Shown one piece after another: positions 24,101-36,200 of a stretch of 64,000 nt of DNA. Each line of letters begins with the position of its first letter. Position 1 is the stretch's first letter. Source of the DNA: Tubulanus polymorphus. Lineage: Eukaryota; Animalia; Nemertea. The notes below the pieces were generated by a model, which ran no database searches, was not told where the DNA came from, and worked only from the letters and a program-made list of their open reading frames with translations. The DNA lies in assembly GCF_964204645.1 (NCBI RefSeq), contig NW_027437456.1, forward strand, positions 1 through 64,000, read 5' to 3'. Made by a program: the position numbers and the translations under genes.

Positions 24101-25417
24101 ACATTTTCTCACAGCAAACTGCATCATGATGTACTTTAGAGTTATCCCTATGGGATGTAAATCTAGAACTTGCGCATGTCCAGTCAATAAAGGGAGTCGA
24201 AACTAAACGTTCTAACTTGGCATCGTTTTTTTCTAATGTGCGACCAAAGAAAACACATGGTCGACAGAAAGCACCTGATAGTTCCTCGGAATATGCCAAC
24301 CAATGGAATTGTTTGAGCCAATCAGCATTAAATGAGCGGTTTTTAAGCCATATATGTCCGTTTTGGGAAATTTATACTTTTCTGTCGGCACCCACAAGTT
24401 ACATAAAGCATTGTACTTTTCAGCATCTTTCATTGTCCTTGTTTTGCCAATTAACAATCCAATATCTGAAAACAAAACAACAGATAAAGTCAAATTCTGT
24501 ACATGCACACATTCAAACAAGCAAAACAGAACTTACAAATATTCCTGGAAAGCTCCATAACACGCAATATTTGGCAACCATTCATTGGCCTATAAAAGTT
24601 ATAACTTAATCCAGGGGCGGATTAAGGGGATACGCCGCAATCTTGCCAAATAATTTCTCCAAATGTTTCTTCAGAATAGATAATGGATCCCCCTGTTGAC
24701 ACATGCAGAGAATTAAATAAGAAAATTATCGCATACAAACGTACTCATCATATTATTATTATTTGTGTCACGATTCTCATAGGCAGACATGATTTGATGA
24801 TGATCATTCGATGAAATCTGGGGTACCGGTACACTATCAGTTGGTACAATTACTGGAGTTTCAATCATCACTGCATTAGATGGTGGTGTAATTGATTCCC
24901 TGTCCATGATGTCAGAACTGGATGTCGTGGTTGTTTCGACGATATCATGTGGGTGGTCACCGGCTTCAGCACTCTCCGTGATGTCAGAACTGGATGTCGT
25001 GGTTGTTTCGACGATATCATGCGGATGGTCACCAGTGGCAGCATTAGAGTGATTAACTGGTTCCGCTGAACCACCATTGAAAACTAGAATACCGTAACTG
25101 CGGACATCGGCAACGGAAAACTGCGGACATCGGCATCGGAAGTTTTGATAACGACTCTCAGTTCATGCGGGTTGTAATGTGCCGGCCTGGGGTTACAGAT
25201 CGTTATCTCCAGTGCCCGACTCCCCCCCCCCCCCCCCCACACGAAAACTCATCGGAAAAGGTTCACTTCGAATCACGATTATAATCTATATGCTACTTTG
25301 CTATTGTAGATTTTTTACTATCACTTAAAAATAAAAAATGCGTTCCTTTAAGAGGGACGCTTGGGATTTTTTGACTGCCTTCCGGAAGGCATGGAAGGCA
25401 CCCTGGATCCGCCCCTG
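21105..25417 (-). mobile_element. hAT transposon (THAP12/PRKRIR- or ZMYM1-like transposase clade) nested in the KDZ element
   Basis: 17-bp TIRs caggggcggatccaggg (21105) and ccctggatccgcccctg (25401-25417) enclose the transposase. No matching 8-bp TSD is visible. Confidence 0.85.
22233..24299 (-). CDS. hAT transposase (688-aa open frame; the N-terminus extends upstream through a frameshift near 24345)
   Basis: TTF-type zinc finger WLAYS..GAFCRPC, then PLRGHRD, FSILADEASD, GQCFDGAGNMSG, YVHCASHRLNL and TRW, and the C-terminal dimerisation motif PVTSCECERSVSLLRRLKTYLRSTM. Confidence 0.93.
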   Translation of the reverse strand: MAYSEELSGAFCRPCVFFGRTLEKNDAKLERLVSTPFIDWTCASSRFTSHRDNSKVHHDAVCCEKMFPSVMESQTLGVNNLTSTTNQKRIAENRKILKSILKTVIFLGNQNIPLRGHRDDSKHLDLESNSGNFQKLLEFRCDAGDATLMEHFKKCSKTSTYRSKTIQNELIDCLKEWIQKTIIDDIKMNRYFSILADEASDCSNIEQMPLILRYVDSNGEVHESFLQFIWCDSGTSGEEIARLLIETVEGLGLDTKDCRGQCFDGAGNMSGVCKGASTRIKTQYPKVKYVHCASHRLNLCVTKTASVAQVKNMMDTLGELSRFFSNSPKRQGALSEKIKVLCPESKRSKLLYICQTRWVQRLDVMEVFSDIVVAVVETLDLIRMNAEKHWNPDSVVKANGLYHAITNFPFIAAYILTRECLSVTTSLTVKLQYANQDSNRAYLCLKAVRDTIEKYRSNLDSYYLLWFQQATALASLLEVDIQKPRTCGRQTQRSNIPAESVEQYFKRAIAIPILDHLYFEINDRFFSGQETILSAFSVLPATVLAKKEWAKPFKEFCMEYIDDLPSPSSLNVELHLWESYWKKTAESKKEVPKHLTQLLPIVDADLFPNIRAALVLLGTMPVTSCECERSVSLLRRLKTYLRSTMNQSRMNGLALLSVYSSQKIDIQAVIDIFARQHPRKMALLDIIN

Positions 25418-25736
25418 TATTACATTAAAGTTTGTTTCTTTTTCAAAAATCATTAATAGCATGCACTAAAGTTATTGTTCATATGATTCACGAGATATAA
25501 AAGTTACCCCTTCTTTGTTATGATGTTTGAAGGAAGAGTGCAGATGAGTGAAAATGTGTCTACGTTGAATAGTTGTAGTAACCCCTAGTTTGTCATGCAT
25601 GTAGCTTAGTAGGTAGATTTCCCCTAGTTCGCCTGCCGTACGTATTGTCCCTGCGCCCTTATACAATTATATAAATAGCCTACTGCCAGAACATCTTAAA
25701 CATTATTGAGATAAAACAACGAGACACACCAACAAA

Positions 25737-27863
25737 ATGAATTCTGCCAGCCTCAAAGCATGGAAATCCGTCGAAAAAGCGATAAAACGGTATACCGAAA
25801 TATCGAAAGAAGAGGCGGTAGCCGTAGTTATCTACAGGAACGTGAAAACTAAAGATCGAGGAGTTGCGATAACGGGGAGCAATGTTTTAAAAGAGTCGTT
25901 GAAAACACGGATATTGGATATTTGTGATGGAGTTACACCTGACGAGCAACCAGGAATAGTTGAAAGTGAAAACTTGATCACTTCGAATCAGTTTCCAAAT
26001 ATAACTGAGGTATACGGCAGAAGTTTAAATTCTCTGCCTAGTGATGACGCCAGAGTCCTGCTCACTAAATAAGTTTATTTGAGCAAAGTTTTAAGTGGAA
26101 TGAGTTCTACCAGCCCACACTGGGGAGATGAATCATGTCGTGTTCAGTGGTGGCCTGAAAACCTACCGTGGAGGAATCCCCGATGTGATATTCGTCCCGT
26201 CGAGGCGCGCTCGGAACCTTACGCAGATGTTGTAAGGAGAATTTTTCAGATCGGCCTATGTTTTTCATAAGTGTGAAAACTTGACAGGTACGCAAAAATA
26301 AATTTAATTCTAACCACTAATAAAATTGTTCTAAAGCAAAAATCAAGCAATTAAGAGTATAATGCAACCGCAAAAATGTCCTTTAAGGTAGAAAAAATGG
26401 CCTTGTCTATCATTTCATCACTAATACAGTAAATTTACCATAAAAAATACCAAAGAACAAACTTGGGAATTGTGTTAATAAATTGCACACTAACCATCGA
26501 AGAGAATTCATTAGGTGACCATGAGCGGGCCTAGAATTTTGGGCATTAACTAATTTTGCCTTTTGAAAACATGTGAACTCAAGCATGATACGTCAAATTT
26601 AAGGTTTTAAATGAATAATACAAATAATTAAATCAAAGTAGAGCCATTATTTGTTATCAAATTTTACAGATTTTCCGGAAATGTGAGCTACTGGTTTGAG
26701 ATAATAAAAACATATGGGTTGCGTCTATTCTTTTTTGAGAGAATTTATCTTTGTTGTTATAAAGATAAATCCTCTCAAACAGTATTATTTTATTTTCAGG
26801 AGACCCTGTACATGGTACTGAAGAAGTAGTCAATCAACCTGCAGCAACCACCTATATTACTGAATCAGGTAGTCTAAAATGAAAAATGAATTCAAGTTAA
26901 TACCCTTAATAATTGAACTAAATTGATTAGCCATCAGAAATATTGTTAACCTGTTACAAATTGTAGTGTTGTTCACTTGTAAATTGTGAACACCAGCCCA
27001 TTATACCTTAAATGTCAGTTTTCATGCATCAACACTTTTTATATCCAGTTTCTAGCATCGGTGAACTCGAGCAGCCAAACATTTAATATTTCTTAATCAA
27101 ATTGTTCATTAATTTGTGATTGCTTCGTTTCTTATATTGTAGAAGCTTTAGGTTCATCTCTACCAGCATTTGTCCGAGTCAGTGATCATGAATGCTATCG
27201 AGAATGGAGGAATTTCAGATGTCATTGCATTCAACATCACTGGATACCCTGGTATGTACATGTTTAACAATTATTTCATTTATTCATTAGGCCACACCAG
27301 AAGAAAACCGTTTCTCAGCCCGACCAACCCGATATTTAGTCGTTTCAAATAATCATTTCAAATTTGTTTTCTATAGAAAAAAATCCCTACCTACCTACCT
27401 ACCAATTTCTGTGATTGCCCCGCCTGAGAAAAGTTTTTTTCTTATGTGGCCTTACATGTAGCCTCATCCAATATCATTGACTGCATGAAAAAGGGCCAAA
27501 TAATAACATTATTCCTTTTCCGTCCACATGATGAAGTTTTTTTACCTCTTCCTCTGGAAGATTTGATTTTTGTGGGCAGACAATCTAATTAATGAAAAAG
27601 CCTCATTGTTATGATTATGCATGTACTTTAATTGTGAATGTCATACCATATCAATTTCAGATTTAGATGTCTCGGCACTCCACTCTACTGAAATGTCAGA
27701 AGAAACGGGCAATAAGACGTATGTCTTGGAAGAGAAGATGGAGAGGACCAAAAGGAAGAGGAAATTGACAGAAAAAAAAGCAGGATTACAGCCAGAAGAA
27801 AAAACGAATTCACTAAACCAAATTATTATCATTAACCATATTATTATTAATCATTTATTTTAA
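25737..27863 (+). pseudogene. Multi-exon gene with an NRF1/EWG/P3A2-like DNA-binding domain
   Basis: ORFs 25737..26072 and 26079..26270 share a frame (one TAA between them). PHWGDESCRVQWWPENLPWRNPRCDIR..YADVVRRIF(RSAYVFH) parallels NRF1 PGWGKESCKPIWWPEDIPWANVRSDVR..WTQALRTIVKNCYKQH. Further phase-1 exons lie at 26800-26868, 27143-27251 and from 27661 (KRKRK basic tail). Confidence 0.8.
27290..27451. mobile_element. MITE with ggccaca TIRs and TTA TSD (PIF/Harbinger-like), in an intron
   Basis: tta|ggccacaccagaagaaaa ... ttttttcttatgtggcc|tta. Confidence 0.65.
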
Positions 27864-27929
27864 TAAAATTCAATTTATAGATTCAGATATCAAATTTATT
27901 ATACTTTCGTTCTTTTATCTCGGTTTTTT

Positions 27930-28606
27930 ATTGCGAGGAACAAAGAAAGTGACGCATAAAGGTCTCAGGCTTCATATATGCTAACTGTGATTCTAACTGT
28001 TCGTTGACTTGGCTGTTGATATTTGTGACATCCACATTCGCTTTGTACAAGTCGAGAGAATATCCATCGCACCTGTAATTATAGTAGATTCAACATATCA
28101 AAAATGTTTCAATACAGTATGAACTCTTTACAATGATACTGCTTTAACCACAAAGGATTGATACTCCCAAACTAAAATGAAAAGACGTATTCAATTTATT
28201 TAGACTCCACTCTGGAATTGTGGGGGACCAAAAATGTGTGTTTATATGAGGATACTATAAATGGCGGAAAAGTGACACCAACTTTATATATCTGTACGAA
28301 TCAGGCGCAGTAACATAATATTTACCCTGTGTGATTTTTCCAGTGTAAGCGGTCATCACAGAACATTGTATTTCTGAAGAATTCTGGTTCTCTACAAAAT
28401 AATCAAAACAAGAAAGATGATTCACTCGATTTTTCATATCTATGAATAAGTTTCTTACGGACAATTTGTCAACTGAAGTGAAAACACTTACCTATTTAAA
28501 CAGTACTGATGTAGTTTACAAGCATTGTCGTACACGATAAGGTTAGGAGGTTTCGAAAACCTTGTCTTGAAGATGCTGAATGGGTGCTTCGGCGATTCGT
28601 GGCACC
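27930..28606 (-). pseudogene. C-terminal three exons of a KDZ transposase
   Basis: Exons about 28606-28492, 28391-28326 and 28072-about 27930 splice in phase to ESPKHPFSIFKTRFSKPPNLIVYDNACKLHQYCLNR|EPEFFRNTMFCDDRLHWKNHTG|CDGYSLDLYK..INSQVNEQ..LAYMKPETFMRH. The ORF track missed this region. Confidence 0.85.
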
Positions 28607-30703
28607 CACGGACATTTTCGAACCAATTGTTTGCTCGACTGACAGGGTCAGAACGAACGAACTACTGATATATTGGCCGAGTGTGACTGCAGAATTTAAT
28701 AAGTCACTCGGCCGAGTAGATTGGCGAATTCTATCGTTTACTCGGCCGAGTAAAGAACTTAAGTTTTACTGAGCTCGGCCGAGTGGATCGTCGAATTCGA
28801 ACAATCACTCGGCCGAGTAAACAACTTTCTGACATAATGCTCGGTCGAGCAAATGCCCGGGTAACTTGTCAATTGGGACCGTATTTTATAGCTCAAATAT
28901 TTTCAGACTTTTTCAATATGGGCCGTTTTCATCCCTGAGATGACGGGTTTTCTGCAAAGCCATTGAGAATGATGGGAATTGAAATAAAAAATGAAATGAA
29001 ATGAGTAGTAAATTGAAATACCGATACATAGAATAAAATGCATTGACAGATTCGAACCTAATATGCCACCACTGTGTAAACGTCAAATATGATTCAGCTT
29101 TGAAACCGAACATACGCGGACGTATAATCAACAAATATGAATTTATTTGACCAGGCATTTATTTTGGCATTCAAACATCATGATACTGTATCATCACCAT
29201 GCTTAAAAATGGATCCGTCCTATTAAGAACTCATCTTAAGCACCTGCTGAGTCGATCGATTGAGTGAATTTACAGATAAGGACGTATTATGATTTTGAAT
29301 AGATTTAAGAAGTTAATCTATTTATTGAAATATTTGAATAAATACATATGGTGTAGTGTAGATTCAATCAATAATTTATGAATTGATTTGGTCTGGGTTT
29401 CCCGCTGATGTTGATTTCGGCTTTTATGGATTGCAAATTCTATAGTGATAAACAATTTATACCTGCAACATGTGTGTAAATCAAACCTATTCCACTAGTT
29501 GCGCGTGTTTCCTTATAAACAGGTGAGTCACTCATGATCTGAGTAATTATGAAAATAATGTTCATTTAGTTATAGAAATTCATTGCCTTTTTGAAAATTC
29601 TATAATATTTGTTCCGTCCTAATTTTTATGACTGTATGAACCAATGATATGCTTTGTAAATATTATGTAATAAAATAAATTTGAATTTGAGTTAAATTTG
29701 AATATGAGAATCCAGCATAACTTGTGTTTTTAGGGTTTTCTGTTTCTTCACAGAAAACCCTATCGAAATTCGCGTGATTATTATTAGGGTTTTCTGACTT
29801 TCGTCGAAAACCCTCTTGTAATTCTGTTGATTATTATTATTAGGGTTTTCTGTTACATCACAGAAAACCCTATTGAGATTCGCGTGTTTCTTATTATTAG
29901 GGTTTTCTGTTATTTCACAGAAAACCCGATTGATATCCGCGTGATTATTATTATTATTATTTTCTTCCACACTATTTTTACCAAAAGAACATAGGCTTTG
30001 TTACCTTACCGCTGTTTCATATACAATCCATATAATATCGTTCAGCTCACTGAGATCTACAAATAGCCCGCGTGTTTTTTCACGAATCATCGTTACGAAA
30101 GCGCTGTCGGGCCGTAAACATCGAAAATTTAGCCCCATTCAATGGGGCGACATGTTTTTCGAGTCGTCATCCCGAAATCAACCCGCAGGCCGACTGTCAC
30201 TTCGATTATCAATTCAAGTATAAATGAACTCATTTATTGCCGCAGACTTCACATTCAGTCGCGGTCTTCAAACAGTGATTTTAACAATAGCCCATTTTCC
30301 TCATCAAATCATATTACCGATATACAGGAAATTTACTACTTTAGATTTTAAAAGCACTGTCGAGCCGTTAACATCGACGAATCGACGTGTGGCACTACAT
30401 CGTCGTTCCGGGGATCAGCTGCGAGTTTCACCTCATCATGAGAATCAAATCGAGTACAAATTAATTTATTACTACCAGTGATTTGGCTGCGGGCGTCAAG
30501 CAGTTAGTTTAGCAATACCTATTTTTCTATATCAAATTAACCGTGTAGCCTATTCAATAAGATAAATCATAAGTGTACCGGGGAGTCGTAGGCCTAAACG
30601 AAATACGCCGAAGAGATATAGCGGAGAAAAGCTGTTATGTCGACGAGGTATCAAAATAAAAGAATATATTACTTTATTCGGCCGCGGGCTTCAACCTCTA
30701 ATT

Positions 30704-30848
30704 CAATATTTTGGTTTTATCGCCCGCGACAATTCATTATTTTGGTTTTATCGCCCGCGACAATTTTTTTTTCTTTTTGTCGCGGTTTTATCGCCTGCGA
30801 CACTTCAATATTTTGGTTTTATCGCCTGCGACAATTCATTATTTTGGT
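30704..30848 (+). repeat. Short array of the 31-bp satellite
   Basis: About 4-5 units of attttggttttatcgcccgcgacaattcatt. Confidence 0.88.
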
Positions 30849-32335
30849 ATTTGGAAATTTACTCGGTCTGGTATATGTTGGATTACTGTGTATGCCATTT
30901 GTCAGGACAATAAACAGAAGACAACTTAGGATACTACCTTGCGTGACTCCACTAGTTTGACAGACTTATTCCAAGATGAGGCGTTCCGTTGATTTTAGCT
31001 ACAAGTTTTCGTTCAGAGATAACTGCTGAGCCATTTGGGCGACCTATCATTGATACTGTTTCCTAATAGCCTTGCCACTGTTGTCGATACAATTCGTCTG
31101 ATATCATTCAGCTCACTTCGATCTACAAATACCCCGTGCGTATTTTGAAGAATCATCGTTACAAAAGCACTGTCGGGCCCCATTCAACGAGCCGACATGT
31201 TTTTCTAAGTCCTCTTTCCGAAATCTACCGCACGTTTCTTGTCACATCAATTATCAATTCAAGCATAAATTAACAAATTTATTACCCAAATATTGCACAT
31301 TCTGTCGCGGTTTTTAAAAACTGATTTTAACAATAGCCCATTTTCCTCATCAAATCGTATTACCGATATACAGGAAATTTACTACTTTAGATTTTAAAAG
31401 CACTGTCGAGCCGTTAACATCGACGAATCGACGTGTGGCACTACATCGTCGTTCCGGGGATCAGCTGCGAGTTTCACCTCATCATGAGAATCAAATCGAG
31501 TACAAATTAATTTATTACTACCAGTGATTTGGCTGCGGGCGTCAAGCAGTTAGTTTAGCAATACCTATTTTTCTATATCAAATTAACCGTGTAGCCTATT
31601 CAATAAGATAAATCATAAGTGTACCGGGGAGTCGTAGGCCTAAACGAAATACGCCGAAGAGATATAGCGGAGAAAAGCTGTTAGACGAGGTATCAAAATA
31701 AAAGAATATATTACTTTATTCGGCCGCGGGCTTCAACCTCTATATCAATACCATCAATACTCTATATTTCCTACAGTACATACCGATCATTGTCAAATGC
31801 ACAAGGTATTTACTAAATACAAGTATATAACACACTCCTATCCGTATGCTGGACTCACACTTGACATTCGGAGTAAGCGTTCGCTGTGGGGGAAAGGGAT
31901 CGTTCGCTGTGTCGCTTGAAGTGTTTATCGAGTTTGACGCGGCTTTAGGCCTACCGGTACTGAGCTTTACTGTATCAAACAAACACTACAATTGTTGCGT
32001 TTATTAACGGACTCATTGGATTGAACTTCAAAACAAAATTTACGATATTTAGGTGGGTTGTTAAATTCAATAGGCCTACGACCAATCTGTCCGGATGTTA
32101 GGCCTACGCATATACATAGGCCTACATAGGCTAGTAGCCTCTACTAGGTTAAGCGTTCGCTGTGGGGGAAAGGAGATCGTTCGCTGTGTCGCTTGAAGTG
32201 TTTATCGAGTTTTACGCGACCTTAAGGCTTTAGTATGGTGGCTGATAAGGGCCATGCGTAAAAAAACACGTATATGCAAATGAGGGCGACATGATGACAA
32301 AACGACAAAACTAAAATAACGCGACAAAACAATAA

Positions 32336-33227
32336 TTTTGGTTTTGTCGCCCGCGACAATTCATTATTTTGGTTTCATCGCCCGCGACAATTCATTATTT
32401 TGGTTTTATCGCCAGCGACAATTCATTATTTTGGTTTTATCGCCCGCAACAATTCATTAGTTTGGTTTTATCGCCCGCGACAATTCATTATTTTGGTTTT
32501 GTCGCACGCGACAATTCTTGATTTTGGTTTTATCGCCCGCGACATTTTGGTTTTATCACCAACGACAATTCATTATTTTGGTTTTATCGCCCGCGACAAT
32601 TCATTATTTTGGTTTTATCGCCCGCGACAATTCATTAGTTTGGTTTTGTCGCCCACGACAATTCAATATTTTGGTTTTGTCCCACGCGACAATTCAATAT
32701 TTTGGTTTTATCGCCCGCGACAATTCATTTTTTTGGTTTTGTCGCCCGCGACAATTCAATATTTTGGTTTTATCGCCGCAACAATTCATTATTTTGGTTT
32801 TATCGCCCGCGACAATTTTCTTTCTTTTTGTCGCGGTTTTATCGCCTGCGACACTTCAATATTTTGGTTTTATCGCCTGCAACAATTCATTATTTTGGTT
32901 TTATCGCCCGCGACAATTTTTATTTTGTCGGGGTTTGATCGCACGCGACAATTCATTATTTTGGTTTTATCGCCCGCAACAATTCATTATTTTGGTTTTG
33001 TCGCCCGCGACAATTCAAGATTTTGGTTTTTCTGCCGCGACAATTCATTTTTTGGATTTGTCGCCCGCGACAATACAATATTTTGGTTTTATCGCCAGCG
33101 ACAATTCATTATTTTGGTTTTATCGCCCGCGACAATTCATTATTTTGGTTTTATCGCCCGCGACAATTTTTTTTCTTTTTGTTGCGGTTTTAGCGCCTGC
33201 GACACTTCAATATTTTGGTTTTATCAC
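32336..33227 (+). repeat. 31-bp tandem satellite (about 28 units)
   Basis: Unit attttggttttatcgcccgcgacaattcatt, period 31. ORFs 32400..33329, 32518..33525 and 32702..32938 are translations of it. Confidence 0.95.
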
Positions 33228-36200
33228 TGGCGTCCTCATCTTTCAGCAACGCCAGTCACATGGATTCGTACGTGTTCTACTTTCTGCGACGCGACCAACC
33301 GACGCGCTCTTGCCACTGGCAGAAACTAGTCGCACACAATCGTATTGCAAGCGACTTGCATCGAAACTTGCGATGCAACGCGAGGATCGCATCGTGTCAC
33401 AAGAACAACCTACGTCTGGCTTTAAGTTACTGTGGAGCACCAGAAATATCTTTTTTTTCGTTCAAAAGACCTTTCGCTTGAAAATTCTTTCGTCGGAACA
33501 AAATTTATTTCGTTCGAACCAATAATATTCTATACAATTGAACCAATTTGAAAAAATCGTTAGAACAAAGTTGAACAAACTTTTTTTTGTCCAAACGAAA
33601 GGTTTTTTGTTCGAACAATCATTCAATTGAACAGAATCGTTTTAATTTGAACAGAATTTTCTTGTCAGAACATTAAGTTTTTCGTTCGAACAAGTATATT
33701 GAAAAAAGTTTTTTCTCCGAACCGAAAGTATTAAGTATTTCGTTCAATCGAACAGAATTGTTTTCATTCAAACATTCGTTCGAAAAAAATTGTTTTCGCT
33801 CAACCAATTTTTTTTTCATTTCAACAATAACATAGCTTTTTATTCGAACACATTTTTGTCAGAATGAAGAAAATTTTTGGTTCATGCAAAAAGCGTATTG
33901 TTCGATCAAACAGAATTATTTTGATTGGAACAAGATTTTCTTGTTGGAACATTAAGTTTTTTGGTCGAACAGCATGTTAAGGTCGATTTGGAAATTTACT
34001 CGGTCTGGTATATGTTGGATTACTGTGTATGCCATTTGTCAGGACAATAAACAGAAGACAACTTAGGATACTACCTTGCGTGACTCCACTAGTTTGACCG
34101 ACTCATTCCAAGATGAGGCGTTCCGTTGATTTTAGCTACAAGTTTTCGTTCAGAGATAACTGCTGAGCCATTTGGGCGACCTATCATTGATACTGTTTCC
34201 TAATAGCCTGTTTAGTAACGGCTGATGTTGTGCCTTATCAAATGCTTCGTCGAAATCCACCGTTGAACAGGATTCTTAGACTGTGCAGAAAACCCGTTAT
34301 CGCTGCTTTGCAGCTATATTTATTATTATTTTCTTCCACACTATTTTTACCAAAAGAACATAGGCTTTGTTACCTTACCGCTGTTTCATATACAATCCAT
34401 ATAATATCGTTCAGCTCACTGAGATCTACAAATAGCCCGCGTGTTTTTTCACGAATCATCGTTACAAAAGCGCTGTCGGGCCGTTAACATCGAAAATTTA
34501 GCCCCATTCAATGGGGCGACATGTTTTTCGAGTCTACTTTCTCTTTCGACTTGCCGGAGACTACTATCTGCAATGTATTGCACGCTTTGATTTGTCTGGC
34601 CTATAGGAGTCGAACGATATTTTCCCATACACAGGCTTGGCTTTAGTGTAGATGAAGGCTAGGCACTGCACATTGTGGATTGACTGGAACTCTTAACTCA
34701 CAAAATTAAACGAGTCAACAATAAAGATCCAATAATTGGACGTTTGTCTTACTATATTATTTAACAGCTTGAAATAATACATAACACATTCTGCAAGAGT
34801 ACACAAAGGAAATCAGTTCTTACATTATATCAGAATCAATAGTTCGCTTAACTCTGGCTAGAATTCTGGTTCCATTGCTTCATATTCTAATGAAATCCAC
34901 TAGCATACCTTAGAATATCGCTTAGGTTAAGACTAAAAATTAGGTACCAGGAAAGACGGGGAAGTAAAGTGGGTGTACTGTACATCCGCAATTGACTTAT
35001 TTCTCTCTGGTTGAATCAAGTTATTACTGAAATAGCATTCGAATAGCCATTTTATTTTTAAAAATTGTGTCGTTCAGCTATCCTGCTGCAAATTTCGCAG
35101 ATGAAGTTTACTGGTGCCATCTGATTTCTCAGTATCTAAAAATATTTGCACATTCTTACCCCGAGTCTAAAAATAGAAAAGGGTGCAATTAAGTAGGAAA
35201 TAAAAGAATAGTGGCTAATACACCCTGGACTATATAGCCTATGGGGTGGGTGGGCCTAGTTTGAGGTCCGAGGGAACAGCACTTTGTAAATAAATACTGA
35301 AATTAAACTTACAAAACACCCAGTACTTGAGATGATGTACTTGACAAGAAGTGTGTCCAGCTAAGCAAATCAACTTTGTCTATGATTCCTCCTTTTATAG
35401 ATACAGTAGCAGTCTAAAAATAAGAATCGGTACATTTTTCTAACAGTTGGTATGTCATTTCTTCAAAAAAAACTAATTATTATCACACCACAGCAAATGA
35501 ATTATTCACAGTTGTTGAATGGTTTGCCCGATTTAGATTAATTGGTTGACGCTAATTAGTATGACCCATACGTAGGGGCCTAATGCATGCCATTGGCGTC
35601 AATCCATTCCATTCCACGGTGAATTAGAAAGAAATTTAATTAGATCCCTTTTGTCCAAAAGCTGCATCATTTATATAACTAGCTGTCAAATTTAATTTAC
35701 CTCCTTCAGAGAATACCATAGTCCGTCGCCCGTGTTGACAAAAGAAAAGTTGCTCGTGACGTAATCATGTTTTATACATGAACGGTCAGATAAGATTTTT
35801 TGCGTCTTGCAGAAGTAAACCATATTCTTGGAATATTGAGCATAGTGTTTAAGTTGGCTTGCACGGCTTGTGAATGGGTTTTCCTCATTATGCTGCCTGA
35901 ATGCATTTAAACATCCGGATTTCAAGCGAATTAATTTGTCCAACAAATGGCCCTCTAGAAGTATGCTCCATACATACTGTCCATGCATGTCTCTGTAACC
36001 GAAGGTAGAGACTAAAACACGGTTCAAGACTCGGCAGCGGACACCGGCGCGGAAAATATTTCAAAACGTGTATTGAAGGTACCTAGCACGATTTCAGCGT
36101 TTTTCGGGAATTCCCTGAAATTTCGGCGTTGTTCGGAAATTCCCTGAAATTTCAGCGTTTTTATTTCAGTGTTTCAGCTTTTTCAGCGAAGTTCAGGAAC

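Larger units (their letters stand above)
20303..28880 (-). mobile_element. KDZ (Kyakuja-Dileera-Zisupton)-type DNA transposon with about 250-bp TIRs, internally deleted, carrying an NRF1-like gene
   Basis: 20303-20560 and 28630-28880 are imperfect inverted repeats built of CTCGGCCGAG palindromes. The element contains KDZ transposase C-terminal exons. A weak candidate TSD is gtatataat/gtattttat. Confidence 0.75.
29730..34530 (+). mobile_element. Rearranged tandem cluster of a non-autonomous element family with tagggttttctg..cagaaaaccc hairpin ends and internal satellite arrays
   Basis: The hairpin is repeated 4 times at 29730-29930. Direct repeats occur at 30280-30700/31320-31740, 29950-30160/34320-34530 and 30851-31070/33987-34210. 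The cluster is collinear with 60678-62440. Confidence 0.75.

Noticed and set aside
22233-24299. Host gene THAP12/PRKRIR
   Set aside because: It is flanked by TIRs, nested inside another transposon and frameshifted at the N-terminus, and I saw no clear THAP domain. It is a transposon copy.
25737-26287. The true host NRF1 gene
   Set aside because: It is far too diverged from the highly conserved NRF1/EWG sequence, contains a stop and a frameshift, and lies within TIRs. No gene symbol was assigned.
19959-28937. Outer (c/a)agggatgaaaa inverted pair as a larger element boundary
   Set aside because: The match is only about 11 bp with no convincing TSD. It could be an older MITE but is unsupported.
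32400-33525. Long ORFs (309 and 335 aa) with hydrophobic repeats
   Set aside because: They are translations of the stop-free 31-bp satellite. The same applies to ORFs in 87-1095 and 30637-30960.
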